Shown here: one piece after another, positions 35,453 to 48,435 of the stretch
Layout: the number at the start of each line of letters is the position of its first letter
Numbering within the stretch: the first letter of the stretch is position 1
From: Ancylonema sp.
Taxonomy: Eukaryota
Reading direction: 5' to 3'
Length of the DNA stretch: 58,054 nucleotides
Assembly: GCA_050230475.1 (NCBI GenBank)
Contig: JBFLGF010000203.1
Coordinates: 1 to 58,054 of the forward strand
Made by a program: the position numbers and the translations under genes
Notes under the pieces: generated by a model
What the model was told of the DNA's origin: nothing
Seen by the model: the letters and a program-made list of their open reading frames with translations, nothing else
Databases searched by the model: none

Positions 35453-37718
35453 ATTTACACCGCCATTCGGTGTGTATAAATCTAAATTCAGATTACATTC
35501 AATTAAACTGTTGCCCCCAGTTTGTATTTTGATTGCTTCGTCGACATGTCCCTTGTGATACCTCGCTCTGTATTCTTAATCTTCTGTCTTCATTTTGGCG
35601 GTATTTTTATCTACCTGCCATATGTGTGCGCACAGAGCATCGTCCGTCGATATAAACTTCACTTCTGAAATGTCCTCATCTTTCAGCCCGCCAGTGACAC
35701 CATCGCTCTCTACAGGCTTTTTGCTCGCGTGCTTCTTCAGTTTTCGGAGTTCCTCCGCGCTGAAATGGATGCACTCCGAACTCAGCGCAGATTCGCCGAC
35801 GCATTGCGCCAGGAGCGACACCAGATAAGCGACCGCTCTCAGAAAGGAGTACAGATTGCGCCCCCCTGCCGCAGCCACTTTCGCCACCTTGATTGACATG
35901 TCGAACACGCGTCGATGCCCAACGGTGACACCCTTGGAAATCTTGTCGCTCTCCGCGCAAGGACCGCCTTCGGGTGCAAGGGGCAGGGACGGGGCGTCGT
36001 CTCGGAATCGATGCGCGTATGGCGACCGGTCATGGCAAGGTAGCGGGAACGATTCTCCTCTTGCGAGGCATCCCCACGTGTTCATGAACTGGAAAAATCC
36101 TCGACCGTCGGTTATCATATGGTGGAAGGAGACGGCCAGGATGATACCACCACACTCGAAAGTCGTCATCTGGACCGTCAGGAGAGGTTGGCTGACGACA
36201 GGCTGTAAATGAGAACGGGATCGGGACATTTTAGGGAACAGAAAATTTTCGTCAATCTTGGTCTTGAGCCGACTGCAGCACTTTTTTAAAATAACAGCGT
36301 CGGTTACCCGTGCTTGTGAAACCGCGGAAATTCCATTCCACCTACAGGGTGAACGCATAACGGGGTGCTTACAATGAGTGAGGGGGCGGGAGCAGACGAG
36401 AGACCCGACGGAAAGGCCTCAAAATTCTTGAAATCTGGAACGGCAGACTTGAGGGTTTGATTGGCGGACGCCTCCCAGAATGTGATTCCTGCGACTTTCG
36501 GCATATGACTTGGATACACAGACAATTCGGATCTACGAGTTCGATGCATTTCAGATTTAATGTCGTTACGAGATTTCCGATAGCGTGATGACAGGGGAAT
36601 AGCGTCTGGTAGTTATGAATTTTCCGTGTTTAGGGATTGTCAAATATATCATATGTATGTTCTCTGATTATCTACTAAGCATTCATATAAAAGAGCCATC
36701 AATTTTTTCTTTTAGCTCCTGTTTCGACAAGTCGATGAATCATACCCTTAGGACCGATCAATTTTATGAGAAAATGCTTTGTCCCAGCACAAAGTCTGAT
36801 GTGTCTCTTTATATACGTGATGTACCATCTGCAATTTATCGAAACAATATAAAACGAGACGAACGAGATCGAAAGTCAGCGATCGCCAGCATTGTTTCCT
36901 CACCAGCATTGTTGCAATCGACAAACAACTGGTTCCCACCGTCATCGGCTTTGTGATACTTGAGGCGTCCGGCAAATGGATAATATATGCGGAGAGCGTC
37001 GGCGAGAGACGATCGCAAGATTTCTTCAGGAGGCGCTTTTGAAACTATCTGCGTCACGAAGGAACTCAGTTCGTGAATACTCATCTATCTCACAATAAAA
37101 TTAAAATGCTGAATACTTCAGCAAATAAAGAGTGGGCTGCATGTTGAAACAGTTTCCAGTATCATAATAGACGATGCACACCGAGTTATAATACATCATC
37201 CCATTTTTATATTTAAGCTAATCTGGCAAGCTGGGACTTTGAGATGTAGATGCACCCTGTTCCACCTCACACCCAATAATCCTACGTGCACACCAGATCC
37301 TTCCTTGCACATGTTTCATATTGTGAGCATAAGAAATAAGTGAATATTTTCAAGCGAGGTGGCGATCCTCTTTTGCCACCAGGTCAGAGATTTCGAAAGA
37401 TTCCGAAAAAAAATGGCGATGATTATTTTCATTGACGACGAGAATTGTGAACACATTGGGATGAATACACTGCGAGGAGTGGGTTCAAGCTCTACTTACT
37501 CCAGATTCAGGTGAAACAAAACCGTCTGATCGAGGATAGAAATACAGAATCGGGATGTGAGCTGGGATGTTTCTGGAGTCACACTTCGCCAAGCCCAGTT
37601 GGTCACCGAGATGGTGCTCTTCTACTGAGCCAGACGCTGTAATAACAGTAGAATGCTGTCGAGTTATTTTCAACTTTGGAGATTCGGAAATAATCACGTC
37701 GTCACAAACAATCCCCAT
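34335..37718 (-). CDS. BAHD acyl-CoA acyltransferase, ~537 aa; exons 37718-37500, 37048-36904, 36488-36373, 36202-35615, 35228-35056, 34910-34758, 34554-34335
   Basis: LRSSLADALRIYYPFAGRL; PLLTVQMTTFECGG...FHHMITDG (HXXXD); DSRSRLDPPLPETYFGN; NFGWGCP (DFGWG variant). Six in-phase GT-AG introns and no internal stops. Confidence 0.92.
35417..35450. repeat. (TA)n microsatellite in a BAHD intron
   Basis: Read directly from the sequence. Confidence 0.9.
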
Positions 37719-38606
37719 CGTACAAACACAGCGAAGAGATTTGCAAAGCTTCATTGTAAGTGAGATTCTGAAGTCTGAAGTAAAGAAACCACTCCAGAGG
37801 TATGACTTTCTGTGGTAACAATCGTACATGCAACCTCCCACTTTGGTAGCAGGGCTGCCGCGGGGTCAGGTTCGTTTTCGGAAAATCGAATCCAAAAGTC
37901 TGATGGGTGACACTCTGACGTGGCAGACGTTCATCAAAAGGTCCGACGGACAGCTCGCACTTGTTCCGAAAGGTGGTCTGATCATTGCCAACGGCCACGT
38001 GGCAAATTCGCACCTTCGTATCGGTTATACTAAGGAGCTTTCTTCGTTGCTTCCGTTTATAACAAAGAAGTTTCACCCGGAGTCTCTTCTCATGACCGAC
38101 ACTCTCAATGAAGAATCGTCGAGAGCGTACAAGCGATACTGAAATCCAGCGAGCGAGTAGGAATGGATGAACATCTGAGATCGTCTCGACGCTATGTACC
38201 GGTCGCACGAATGCAAATAACTGACGACTAAATCATGTAAAGTGTAAGGTAGGCGATCACACAACGTTATGCATTCTGTATGCAAAAGCGCCGACGGACA
38301 TTCGTCGTTTTCTAAGAGTTTGGCGCATAAATGAAAAAAAAATATGGAAAAATAAATAAAACAAACAAAAAAAATGATTTTTTTTTTTTTCATAAATGAT
38401 GGAACGTTTGACGCTGGTGGCGACCGTGGCGTTGTATAAAAAGTGCTAGGCCTACTCAGCCAACACGGTTATTGTGTCAACTTAACGGCTGGTTGAGTGA
38501 CCCTGGGTTATATGGCATCGTTGTAAGATTCCGCTGCGTGTAGTGATTTGATCGGAAACATGCGTTCACATAATGAGACGATGAGTACTTTTTGAATATT
38601 TATGAA

Positions 38607-38764
<158 letters not shown>

Positions 38765-39762
38765 AGTGTATTGCACCTTGTGTTGATATGGAAGTTTTGC
38801 TTTGTTTAGTTGCGTGTAGTTAACTAGTCAACGTTGCGCATCCTGTATATCCAATACCACCCTTTTCTACATTCTTCGCTTTCTTACATCGTTATCATTG
38901 TTTAATATTATGTGATAATTCGGAGGCGTTTCAATGTACGATTTTTTGTGCTTTTGTGTTCAAATTCCTTTGTGCTTGCAGTAAAATAAGTTTCCTCGCC
39001 ACCTCCTAGAGTACGTTGACCGTAGCTGACATTCAACATCGCATCGTATTCGTTGGAGTCTTGGCTGACACGTGTTCAACAAAAAAAACAAAGAAAAAAG
39101 GCGTGACACTTGATGCCATGCACGTGCTACAACATTTATAAAATAGCTCCCATTACCTCTTCGTGCAATATCATGAATCCAAGTAGTAAGCGGAGGGATT
39201 AATCAATAAAAAAGTCTCATATCCAGAATGGAGGGGCATGCATAATTCGACATCGTACCACCGATTTTTCCAAGTAACAAAATTTGCCCTTGATATGTGC
39301 TCGAAGCGACACTACACGTTTTCGCAAAAGTGGTGGATGTTGAATGGGCCTGGGAGATCACTTATTATGGTCACAAACGAAGGCTTATGAATACATAGGC
39401 ACGATGTTTCGAAAAAACCAACGGTCATCTGCCAAGGAGCCAAGGAATGCAAGGTGGAATAATGGGTCACCCACACCAAGGTGGAAAGAGTGTCATATTG
39501 TTTTCCCGGTCCACAACATAATGTAATCAGAGATTTCTTTACGAATTACACGGTGACAAAAAATCCTTTCAAATTATGAATCCGTATCGCGTATATCATA
39601 AAAAATGACGAGGCCTAGACACGACGATACCATGAATAACTATGTGCGGTAAACATCACCACATGTTTAATCGTTCCTAATGATAACATGGACATGAAAA
39701 AACTACATGCTCTCTTCTTTGGGATTTACTCGCCCGAAAAGTGGTACAAATTGAAAATAATA

Positions 39763-40001
39763 CCGTACTGGCCACACATAATGACCCGCAAATAATTATG
39801 AGAGGGGTGAGTCGGGTCAAATTAAATAATTCATTAAAAAAAAAAAAAAAGGTCATTCTATAATGTGGGTCACCAGATAATAAATATTTTTCAGGATTTT
39901 TAGAAATTTTATATTGGGTGCACGGGTTGGGTCAAGTGGTGGTTTTTTAGTTAAATTAATTCGTTTCTCAAAACCTGGGTCATTATGTATGGCCACTACG
40001 G
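39763..40001. mobile_element. Tc1/mariner (pogo-like) MITE, ~240 bp
   Basis: TIRs CCGTACTGGCCACACATAATGACCC / GGGTCATTATGTATGGCCACTACGG with TA on both sides. Confidence 0.85.
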
Positions 40002-40070
40002 TAAATAGGTGCTTGAAATAATCGAGCGACGTAATGTTGTGTATCGTAAAATTTCCACGCACTTGGCGAA

Positions 40071-40425
40071 ACGGACCGGCGGACCGGGTTTCCGAGGTCC
40101 CGGTTCCGGACCGAGGTCTATCCTTCTAGGCCAAACTGCCAGACCAACGGTAGTAGGATAAAATCTGTCGGGATTTTGAAAGATTTACCGTTGAGAAACA
40201 AACCCGGAAAAATCTATATGGTTATAATTTTGGCTTGTGCATTGTGCAAAAATGGGAAAAAAAATGTGTACATTGAAAATTTCACAACAATATCATTTTC
40301 ACCCAAGAACTGCTGGGGGGAAAAAACAATCTGACAGATCTTCGGTCCGACCGGGTCCCGCCCGACTTCTGGACACAGTCTAATCCCGGTCCGAAAAACC
40401 AATCTTGCCAGTCCGTGTAACTATG
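40071..40425. mobile_element. hAT-like MITE related to 31449-31825, inverted, one end truncated
   Basis: Reverse-complement similarity (TTTTGGCTTGTGCATTGTGCAAAAATG; CCAATCTTGCCA...CCGTGTAACTATG). Confidence 0.75.
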
Positions 40426-41611
40426 GGTATTGGAACCCTTCACAAAAGACTGAAACAACTTCAAACTATCTGCTAGCAAAATAATCGGACTTGATGGTGG
40501 AGCGATGAAAGTGCCGGATATTTTTTGATTCATTGAAGTCATAATGTTTGGAACAAAAATCAGAAGACATAACCAAATTCGCCTATACTTTGCGCGCCTT
40601 TGTAGTGGTCGATGCGCTTTTCAAGATGTATTGCTTTTCCTAGAGCTTCGTGATATTTTGAGACAATGATTAAAAGACGGTGCCAATCTGACACTCCCAA
40701 ACTATTGGTTGTGTAATTGCGAACACATGTTTTTTTACATGGCCAATACCAAAACGTCGATCTGTGGGGTGGTTTTGTATTTTTTCTTTTACTGTTGTTT
40801 TTTTATTTTAATGTGGGCGTGTTACACCGACCATTTTCATAGTACAACCATTTGAGTGGCACCGACATCAAATTTTTGATTGGACTACACAAAGCATCGG
40901 AAGCTTGTAATGAAACTTGGGATGTTATCTACATCAATCATAAAAGGTCGCCGGACAATGCGTCCAAAATGTCTTGCTTGGCCCATGTGCTAAGCCCTTG
41001 ATGGTTAGACCGGATTTTACCACACAATTTACTTAGTCCGCATTTGCCACGTTGTGAATTCTCGGGCCGGATTGTGTGGCACAGGGTGTTTCAACGATAC
41101 CCGGTCCGCTTGTACCTCTATGAGTACCTCAAACTAGTGTTGCATTTGTAGTCCAAACAAAACATGCCATGAGCAACGATGTAGATTATGGATTAAACTG
41201 CTGACGTGATTTACCTTTTCAAGTGTTGAATTTTTGAAATCCTTCAATTGTTGTTTTATGTGACAAGAAGAGACATATATCATTATTTCTATCACCACTT
41301 GTGCACAAGTGACGAGTATTCGGCTGCGCCAATTTGGAGGATCCGACACCTAGGAGAAAGCAGTAAGACGAGCAAATCTAGACAACAAGAAGTTAAGCAA
41401 TCAATACGCACATGGTTATTCTTTATGATGTTGGAGGGCGCATATACTCTACTCTTATGTATTGCTGGACGTCTCTAGTCAAACAATAAAACCTCGGTGC
41501 CATGGAAAAACTTTTCAACATCATGCATGATGCCCCCGAAAACACCCCTAAATGAACTTTTTAGGAAAATCACTTCCACTTTGGTTTTGATAATCTATAT
41601 TAATTACTCCA

Positions 41612-42269
41612 TCAACTCCTAAAATACGCATTTGGAAGTTGAAAGCCTGTAAAAATTTGTTTTTCCATCCTTAGACCTCCAGTGATCGGCATAACATTCC
41701 AATACATGGTCAAGTTTATCTCCTTCCCAAGCACGTTGTTTCCCTGTACACACACACGCGACAACCATACAAAGTAATCGTCAAAAAGGAATGCGCCTCT
41801 CACAAGCTCAAACCCCGTTATAAGAAACTTCCTTCTAAACCTTTCCCCCCAATGTCAACCCTGTAAACCCCGATATTAGAAATTGCCCACAAGGTGCGAC
41901 ATTCATATAACTCCACCCATATCAACGTTTTGAGTCATGTGTCGTATGTTGACTTTCGTTGCTTGGGCCTGACCCTAAAAAACAGGAATCCCCACCAAAT
42001 CACGTCCAAATTAACTAAAATTATGTGATTTCCGGATATCGTTTTTATCATACTCATACGGATCTAGAAGGTCTTGCGTGTAATGCTTTCATGCTTAGGG
42101 CAAGGTCAATGACCATTGTCGAACTTACACTCCTCACTGAGACGACAACACAAATAATGCATATACCTCGAAATGAGAACAAGTGCATCGATGATGACGA
42201 TAAGTTTGTTGTGGTGATGATGACAGGATGGTAGTGATGATGATAATGATGATGATAATGGTGATAATA

Positions 42270-42337
<68 letters not shown>

Positions 42338-44801
42338 GATGATGGTGATAATGATGATGATGATGGTAATGACGATGATGATGATTATGATGTTTATGAT
42401 GATGATGGTGATGATAACGATTATGATGACGATGACTATGCCAACGATGATATTTGATGTACAAGAAGGGTGAGTACCATGAAGTCCAGCTCGAACTTCT
42501 CTGAACCTGAATTAGAGATAGGAATGTATACCTGGTCTACAAAATAGTACTTGTTCCGATTGTACGGTAACCGGAACTTGGCCTCCTCTTGCCGTTGGAT
42601 GATGCGATCCCACAGCGACACCTGGCAGGGGGAGACACGTACGCAAAGCAAAGTGGGATATCCCGTTAGAACAACCACAATTAGTTCGATACTAAAAGTC
42701 ATTCACTTTTACTGAGTTTATTATTCATAGGTCCGAGTCTGTACCATGTTGAAATATATTATGGAAGTCCTGGCCGCAAGTCATGGAAGTGCGGCAGTCC
42801 AGACAGGTAGACTTGCAGCCTGCTACCCTGGACCTCTTTAAAGGCACAGTTGGTGCCTCTGCACGGGGTGTGTCTTCACAGGGGGGTAACAATTTGTACC
42901 CTGAATAATGTATGGACTCCGTTTTGTACATTCAGAGAGGGTGTGTCTATACAAAGGGTGCCTAAACAGAGGTGTGACCGTTCAGACAGATGACACTGGC
43001 AGGGGCCAGCAGGTGTGCATAAAAGTCCAATAACGAGGCAGTGCATACGTTGCTCTACCCTTACCCTTCAGCAACTAAGGACTCTCTTGTGTCACCCAAA
43101 AAAAAAAAAAAAAAAAAAAAAAAAACTATTTTGTTTTCGAATTGATCAGGATCACAAGCTGCGTCACTTTTGGTCTGGGGTGCTCAGAGGTCAATCAGTG
43201 ATACAAAGCCGTATTCGAGCAATCGGTACACGTATTAGTCCATATTCATAATCATCGTGCAGCTCCCTTGAGTCATTCAAGTGCGACACCTGGCACAACC
43301 CCTGCCAGCCACCTGGAAGCCCCTTTGCCACCTCACCTGATTCCGAACGAGCAGATCCGTTTCATACTCCGCACAAACAAACAGGAAGATCTGCACAACC
43401 AATGGAATGCGAGAACCGGAATCGGTCCGTTAGCTTTGCTGGATGAGGATCGTCATTCCGCGGGGCTCTCCTGTTTTAGGATCGTCTATTTGTTAACGTT
43501 GACTACATACAACCAGTTATTAACTCCTGATAAGGGGTGCATCACAGGGGTTTCTCTTTCCCCTGTTTTCCCAGAGTTGACTGACTGACTTCAATGAGTC
43601 AATTTTGAGAGCAGGTCAAACCTATATGCCTGCCAGCGAGCTAGCGAAGAAGATGACGACGATCATCTATCCCTTTGTATAGTAGAACATTGATAGCAGA
43701 CACGGTACAGTAGAACCTTGATACGAGAAAGCAAAATGGTTCCTCGCAGAGAATTGTTTCTTATAACGAAGATTTTTGAATCGAGGTTTTACTGTACCTG
43801 CTTTGTATTCCATGTGAACACGGACGTGAGATCAACGGTCAGATCCAGAGCAAGCCCCACCTGCACAAACCCGAGACGCAGTGAGGCTCATGGAGTGGAA
43901 AGACAATTAAGGCTTCCAGGGGACAAGAACCGGTTCAGATGAATTGGAAGCTGATTGGTTTATAGTTCAGGGTCCAGAAAACGAGTACTCCACTCCTCTG
44001 TCCAAGACCCCAAACCCCACTCAGAAGGGGGTTCTGTCACAATCTCTCTTCCATTTCAAAACATGCACTTCGAATTCCTGAATCCCATTACGTGCGAGAA
44101 ATGCCCCTCAAACGGACAGACGAACTGACGTCTGGACGTACGGACGATCGGACGTTGGGGAGAGCAAAACAGGCTCACCTCATCGTTTCCGGCATAAGGC
44201 CCTCCTCCCATTCGTGCCATCCGCTCAACTTTCGCAATCTGCAGGCGAACGACATGGCAAACGGTCAAGGCGAATGACATGATGGTATTAGAATTGAGGC
44301 GATGATAGGGTCCCCTACGTCGACCAGGACCAACCAACATGACAATAAAAAGCAAGAATACATTTTTCGTTTGCCAGCTTTCCTGAACTGACTCGAGCAT
44401 ACTTCCTTCAATATCTTGCTTTTTGGCTACATCAATAATACAATCAGCCATGAACGAGGACTGATGCCCGACGCTTTCGCGCAAGACAGGACAGGACAGT
44501 GAACGGTAAGGGAAAAGGAAAGTGAACAAATTACTCCGACTGTCAACAACCTGCTTTGTACAAAGAATATGTACATCTACGACACAAATTTCAAGACGAC
44601 GATGAATTACGACAGAATAAGATCCTCTGCAACCCCCATATCTCGCCCTCACATAAAAAAAGGACTCTGCATCACCTTAATATCCACGCTGGGATCTGCT
44701 CGGTGCAGTAACTCGCTGAAAGATGCCAGAGTGCACACTGCTGCGAGGGTCATGATGGCGAACGTAAGGAGCGCATTGGCCCGGAAGAGGACAGAATGCA
44801 T
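41612..44801 (-). CDS. SPCS3: Signal peptidase complex subunit 3 (SPC22/23), 174 aa; exons 44801-44676, 44238-44179, 43860-43798, 43390-43337, 42621-42532, 41743-41612
   Basis: MHSVLFRANALLTFAIMTLAAVCTLASFSE.../...GNDE/VGLALDLTVDLTSVFTWNTKQ/IFLFVCAEYET...NQ/VSLWDRII...NKYYFVDQ/GNNVLGKEINLTMYWNVMPITG...; five phase-0 GT-AG introns. Confidence 0.95.
42231..42450. repeat. (ATG)n microsatellite in the last SPCS3 intron
   Basis: Read directly from the sequence. Confidence 0.95.
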
Positions 44802-45375
44802 GTTGTCGGTGGATCTCGTTGATTCGATACTGATGACTTCTGATAGAGCAAAGGGCTGCAAATCGGGAATCAGCGGACTTCACATTGCTGTGCCTCGTCT
44901 CGTGTGATGCCCCTGGCTCGGCCCTGCTCTAAAGGCATCATCCACAGCAGCTTTGCGGGACGTGTGAGGCTACGGGTCGTGTGAGAGAGGAAAAAGCAGC
45001 AGAAGCACTGCGAACACAGTTGTTAGCAGGAGGGGTCAAAGTCGGCCATCCTGGTTGTTAATCACGGGTTGCGGTTGTCAACCAGAGTTAAGCTGGTTTG
45101 ATAACCGTAATGTTTTCCGCCGTGCGCAACTTCTCCTGCTCGCAAGTGGGGTAACGCCACCCGCATCTTTGGGGCGAAGTTTGGGGCGCTACCCTCCGCT
45201 CCCAGCCGCCTGGGGGGTAGCGTACCGGCCAACTTTAATACCCCACTCATTACGGGTAGGGTGGGACCCAACCGCCCGCAGTGCCCGCATGTGTCCTTAG
45301 CGTGATTGCAGTGTGCTCAGCTAGCCGCACGTGTGTGACGTCACCGATCTCTATGGGTACGTGAGGTGTCGTAGA

Positions 45376-46376
45376 TAGGGTTGCTACCTCCGCATTTTTC
45401 ACCGCGGTAGATAAAGTACCATCCGCGCCCAAACCGCACCCAACCGTTTCGGTTGAGCCCAACCGGGTGACTAACATTCAACCGCATCCCAACCGCCACC
45501 CGGTTGGGAAGGTGCCACCCGGGTCGGATGCGGTTGGGCGGTTGGCAAACCGGCGAAAAATAACGATAATTTCAACACTTCAAATTCAAAAGTTGGGTGT
45601 AAAAGTTAAGTGTGTAAGTAATTCCAAGAAGCACGTCAAACCAAAATCAAACCATCGAAGTGATATGCCGGCACCAGTAGAATATGTATGGAAAGGCTTC
45701 TCTACCATCGAATCCATTAATTCCTTCCTTGTTCCCCGGCCCTTGCATAACAACTAATATGATGTTCGTCCTGTACTTCTTGTCTTCTTGACTTCTTCTC
45801 CTAAACAATACACATTTTTATTGGTAGAGTAAACTATATATATGACAATTTAAACGTGGAGAATCAAATAAAAATGCAACGTTACGAGTTTGATAATAGG
45901 ATGTACTTGGTCAACAAACACGAGATTTAAAAAAAAAAAACATCCTACATGAGTATAGTATGGTTCACAAAATGAGCACGTGAATATAAATAATTTGTTG
46001 TGGGAACCGAAAGGTATCCGAAAGGACCCTTTCACATATAATTTAAAGATAATGAGAAAAGAAAAAAACAAAAGAAGTTGCACGCCATGCTCTTATTCAA
46101 ATTTGTTTTTGTAGAGAGAGGATACAAAAAAGAAAATGACTTTTTTTTTTGGTCTTTTCTTTCTCAAAATATTTCCAACCGCACCCAACCGCAACCCAAC
46201 CGCCCTCACCGCATTCCAACCGGGTGAAGGGTCGCCAACCGGGTGGGAGTTGGCTTGCGGCTGGCCAAAAGCCACCCGGGTGGGCCAACCGTTACATGTA
46301 AGAGCGCTCTCGGGGCAAGCCACCGCGCGGTAGCGCAGTGGACCGCCGCGCGGTTGGCGCGGAGGTAACAACCCTA
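45376..46376. mobile_element. hAT-like non-autonomous element, ~1.0 kb
   Basis: TIRs TAGGGTTGCTACCTCCGC / GCGGAGGTAACAACCCTA; flanks GTCGTAGA / GTCGTCGC (6/8 TSD); CCAACCG subterminal repeats and an AT-rich core. Confidence 0.8.
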
Positions 46377-46489
46377 GTCGTCGCGTTAGGGATCGGTAGC
46401 TTATAGCGGATACGCCCCCGTTGTAGCCGATCAGTTAGTGGTAGATACGCCCCTACCGTAACCAAGTAGCTTGCATTCGTTAGAGCGAT

Positions 46490-47620
46490 CTACATGTCAA
46501 GTATCACGTGTAGCGTGACACGTGTCCTTTTACTCGTATCTCAATAAACCATGGTTCTTATTATTATTGGTTATTATTATACATGGTTATTGCTACGTGT
46601 CGTTTTCTCCGTAACGGGAGCTGCTAAGTACAATGCCACGTGTCATGTATGACGTGTCACACGATACGTGGAACATGACACGTGGACCGTGGTACTTGAC
46701 ACGTAGCTTCGTTGGAATATGCCATGTGGCATGCCATGTGTCAATGTGTTACGTGTATCATATCAAGTGTCTTTTCACACGTATTTTTAAAGGCATGGTT
46801 ATTGCCACATTTCACTTTATCCTTCACGGAGGCTATTCAGTTCAATGCCACTTGTCATGTGTGACATATCATATGATACGTGGAACATAACACGTGGACC
46901 GTGGTACTTGACACGTGGCTTCATTGAATTATTCCATGTAGCATGCCATTTGTCAACCTGTCACGTATAACATGACAAGTGAAACATAACACGTGGACCG
47001 TAGTGCTTGACACGTGGCTTTGTTGAAGTATGCCATGTGTCACGTGTATTGTGACACGTGTCCTTTCGCACAAATTTTAAGACACTCTTATTGCCACATG
47101 TCGCTTACTCCGTTAAGGACATAGTTGCGTCCTTGACCGTCCGGGGATCTCCGGACCCGTCTGGGGATTTCCGGACGCGTCCGGCACGCGTCGGGCTCGG
47201 ACGCGTCCGAGACGCGACCCGAACCCGGACGGCAGAGCCAAAACTTGATACCCATAAATTTAGAATCCCCACATCTCTGTAAACCCCACCCCGCCCCCCA
47301 TTTTTTTTTTTTTTTTTTTTTTTTTTGGGCATCTTCCTTGACCGTTTGGGGATCTACGGACGCGTCCGGGACGCTAGCGGGGCCGGACGAATTCCAGACG
47401 CGTCCGTGATCCTCGCGTCCGGGACGCAACTATGCTTAATGATACTACTTGAATAAATCCCACCTGTCACCTGTGACATGTTAAATGATATGTGGAATAC
47501 AACACGTGGATTAAGGCACTTGATACTTGGCTTCTTTGAAATACCATGTACCATGCCATGTGTCATTGTGCCACGTGTATCATGACACTTGTCGTTTCAC
47601 CCGTGTCTCAAAAAGACATA
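46490..47620. repeat. Degenerate tandem array rich in ACACGTG / CACGTGG motifs
   Basis: ACACGTGGACCGTGGTACTTGACACGT recurs at ~46679, 46890 and 46988, with a variant at 47502. Confidence 0.75.
47120..47434. mobile_element. hAT-like MITE inserted in the CACGTG array
   Basis: TIRs CATAGTTGCGTCC / GGACGCAACTATG; flanks GTTAAGGA / CTTAATGA (6/8 TSD); GGACGCGTCC repeats. Confidence 0.8.
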
Positions 47621-47629
47621 GTTACACAA

Positions 47630-47924
47630 AACCAAGAACAATAATATGTAAAACAAGAAGAACAAGAGTAGCAAGAAGGACAAAAATAACACAAAAAATA
47701 AAAAAGAAGAAGAACAACAAGAAAAACAATAAAAACAAGAAAAACTAGAAAAGCAACAAGAACAAGAAGAACAAGTAGAACAAGAAGAACAAGAAGCACA
47801 TGAAATACAAAAAGAACAACAAGAACAAGTGGAACGAGAAGAACAAGAAGAACATGAAGTACACGAAGAACATTCATTTGCATAACAAGAAGAACAAGAG
47901 AAACAATAAGAAGAAGAAGAGGAA

Positions 47925-47959
<35 letters not shown>

Positions 47960-48435
47960 AGAAGAAGAAGAAGAAGAAGAAGAAGAAGAAGAAGAAGAAG
48001 AAGAAGAAGAAGAAGAAGAAGAAGAAGAAGAAGAAGAAGAAGAAGAAGAAGAAGAAGAAGAAGAAGAAGGAGGAAGAAGAGCAGAAGAAGAAGAAGAAGA
48101 AGAAGAAGAGAAGAAGAAAAAGAAGAAGGAAGAAAGAAGAGAAGAAGAAGAAGAAGAAGAAGAAGAAGAAGAAGAAGAAGAAGAAGAAGAAGAAGAAGAA
48201 GAAGAAGAAGAAGAAGAAAAGAAGAAGAACAAGAAGAAAAAGAAGAACAAGAAGAACAAGAAGAACAAGAAGAACAAGAAGAACAAGAATAACAAGAAGA
48301 ACAAGAAGAAGAACAAGAAGAAGAACAAGAAGAAGAAGAAGAAGAACAAGAAGAACAAGAATAACAAGAACAAGAAGAATAAGAAGAAATAAGAAGAACA
48401 AGAAGAACAAGAAGAACAAGTAGAACAAGAAGATA
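47630..48435. repeat. (AAG)n / (AAGAAC)n low-complexity tract, ~800 bp
   Basis: Read directly from the sequence; near-perfect AAG core at ~47910-48215. Confidence 0.95.

Noticed and set aside
37828..38142. 104-aa plus-strand ORF upstream of BAHD
   Set aside because: It is antisense to the likely BAHD leader or promoter region and has no recognisable domain.
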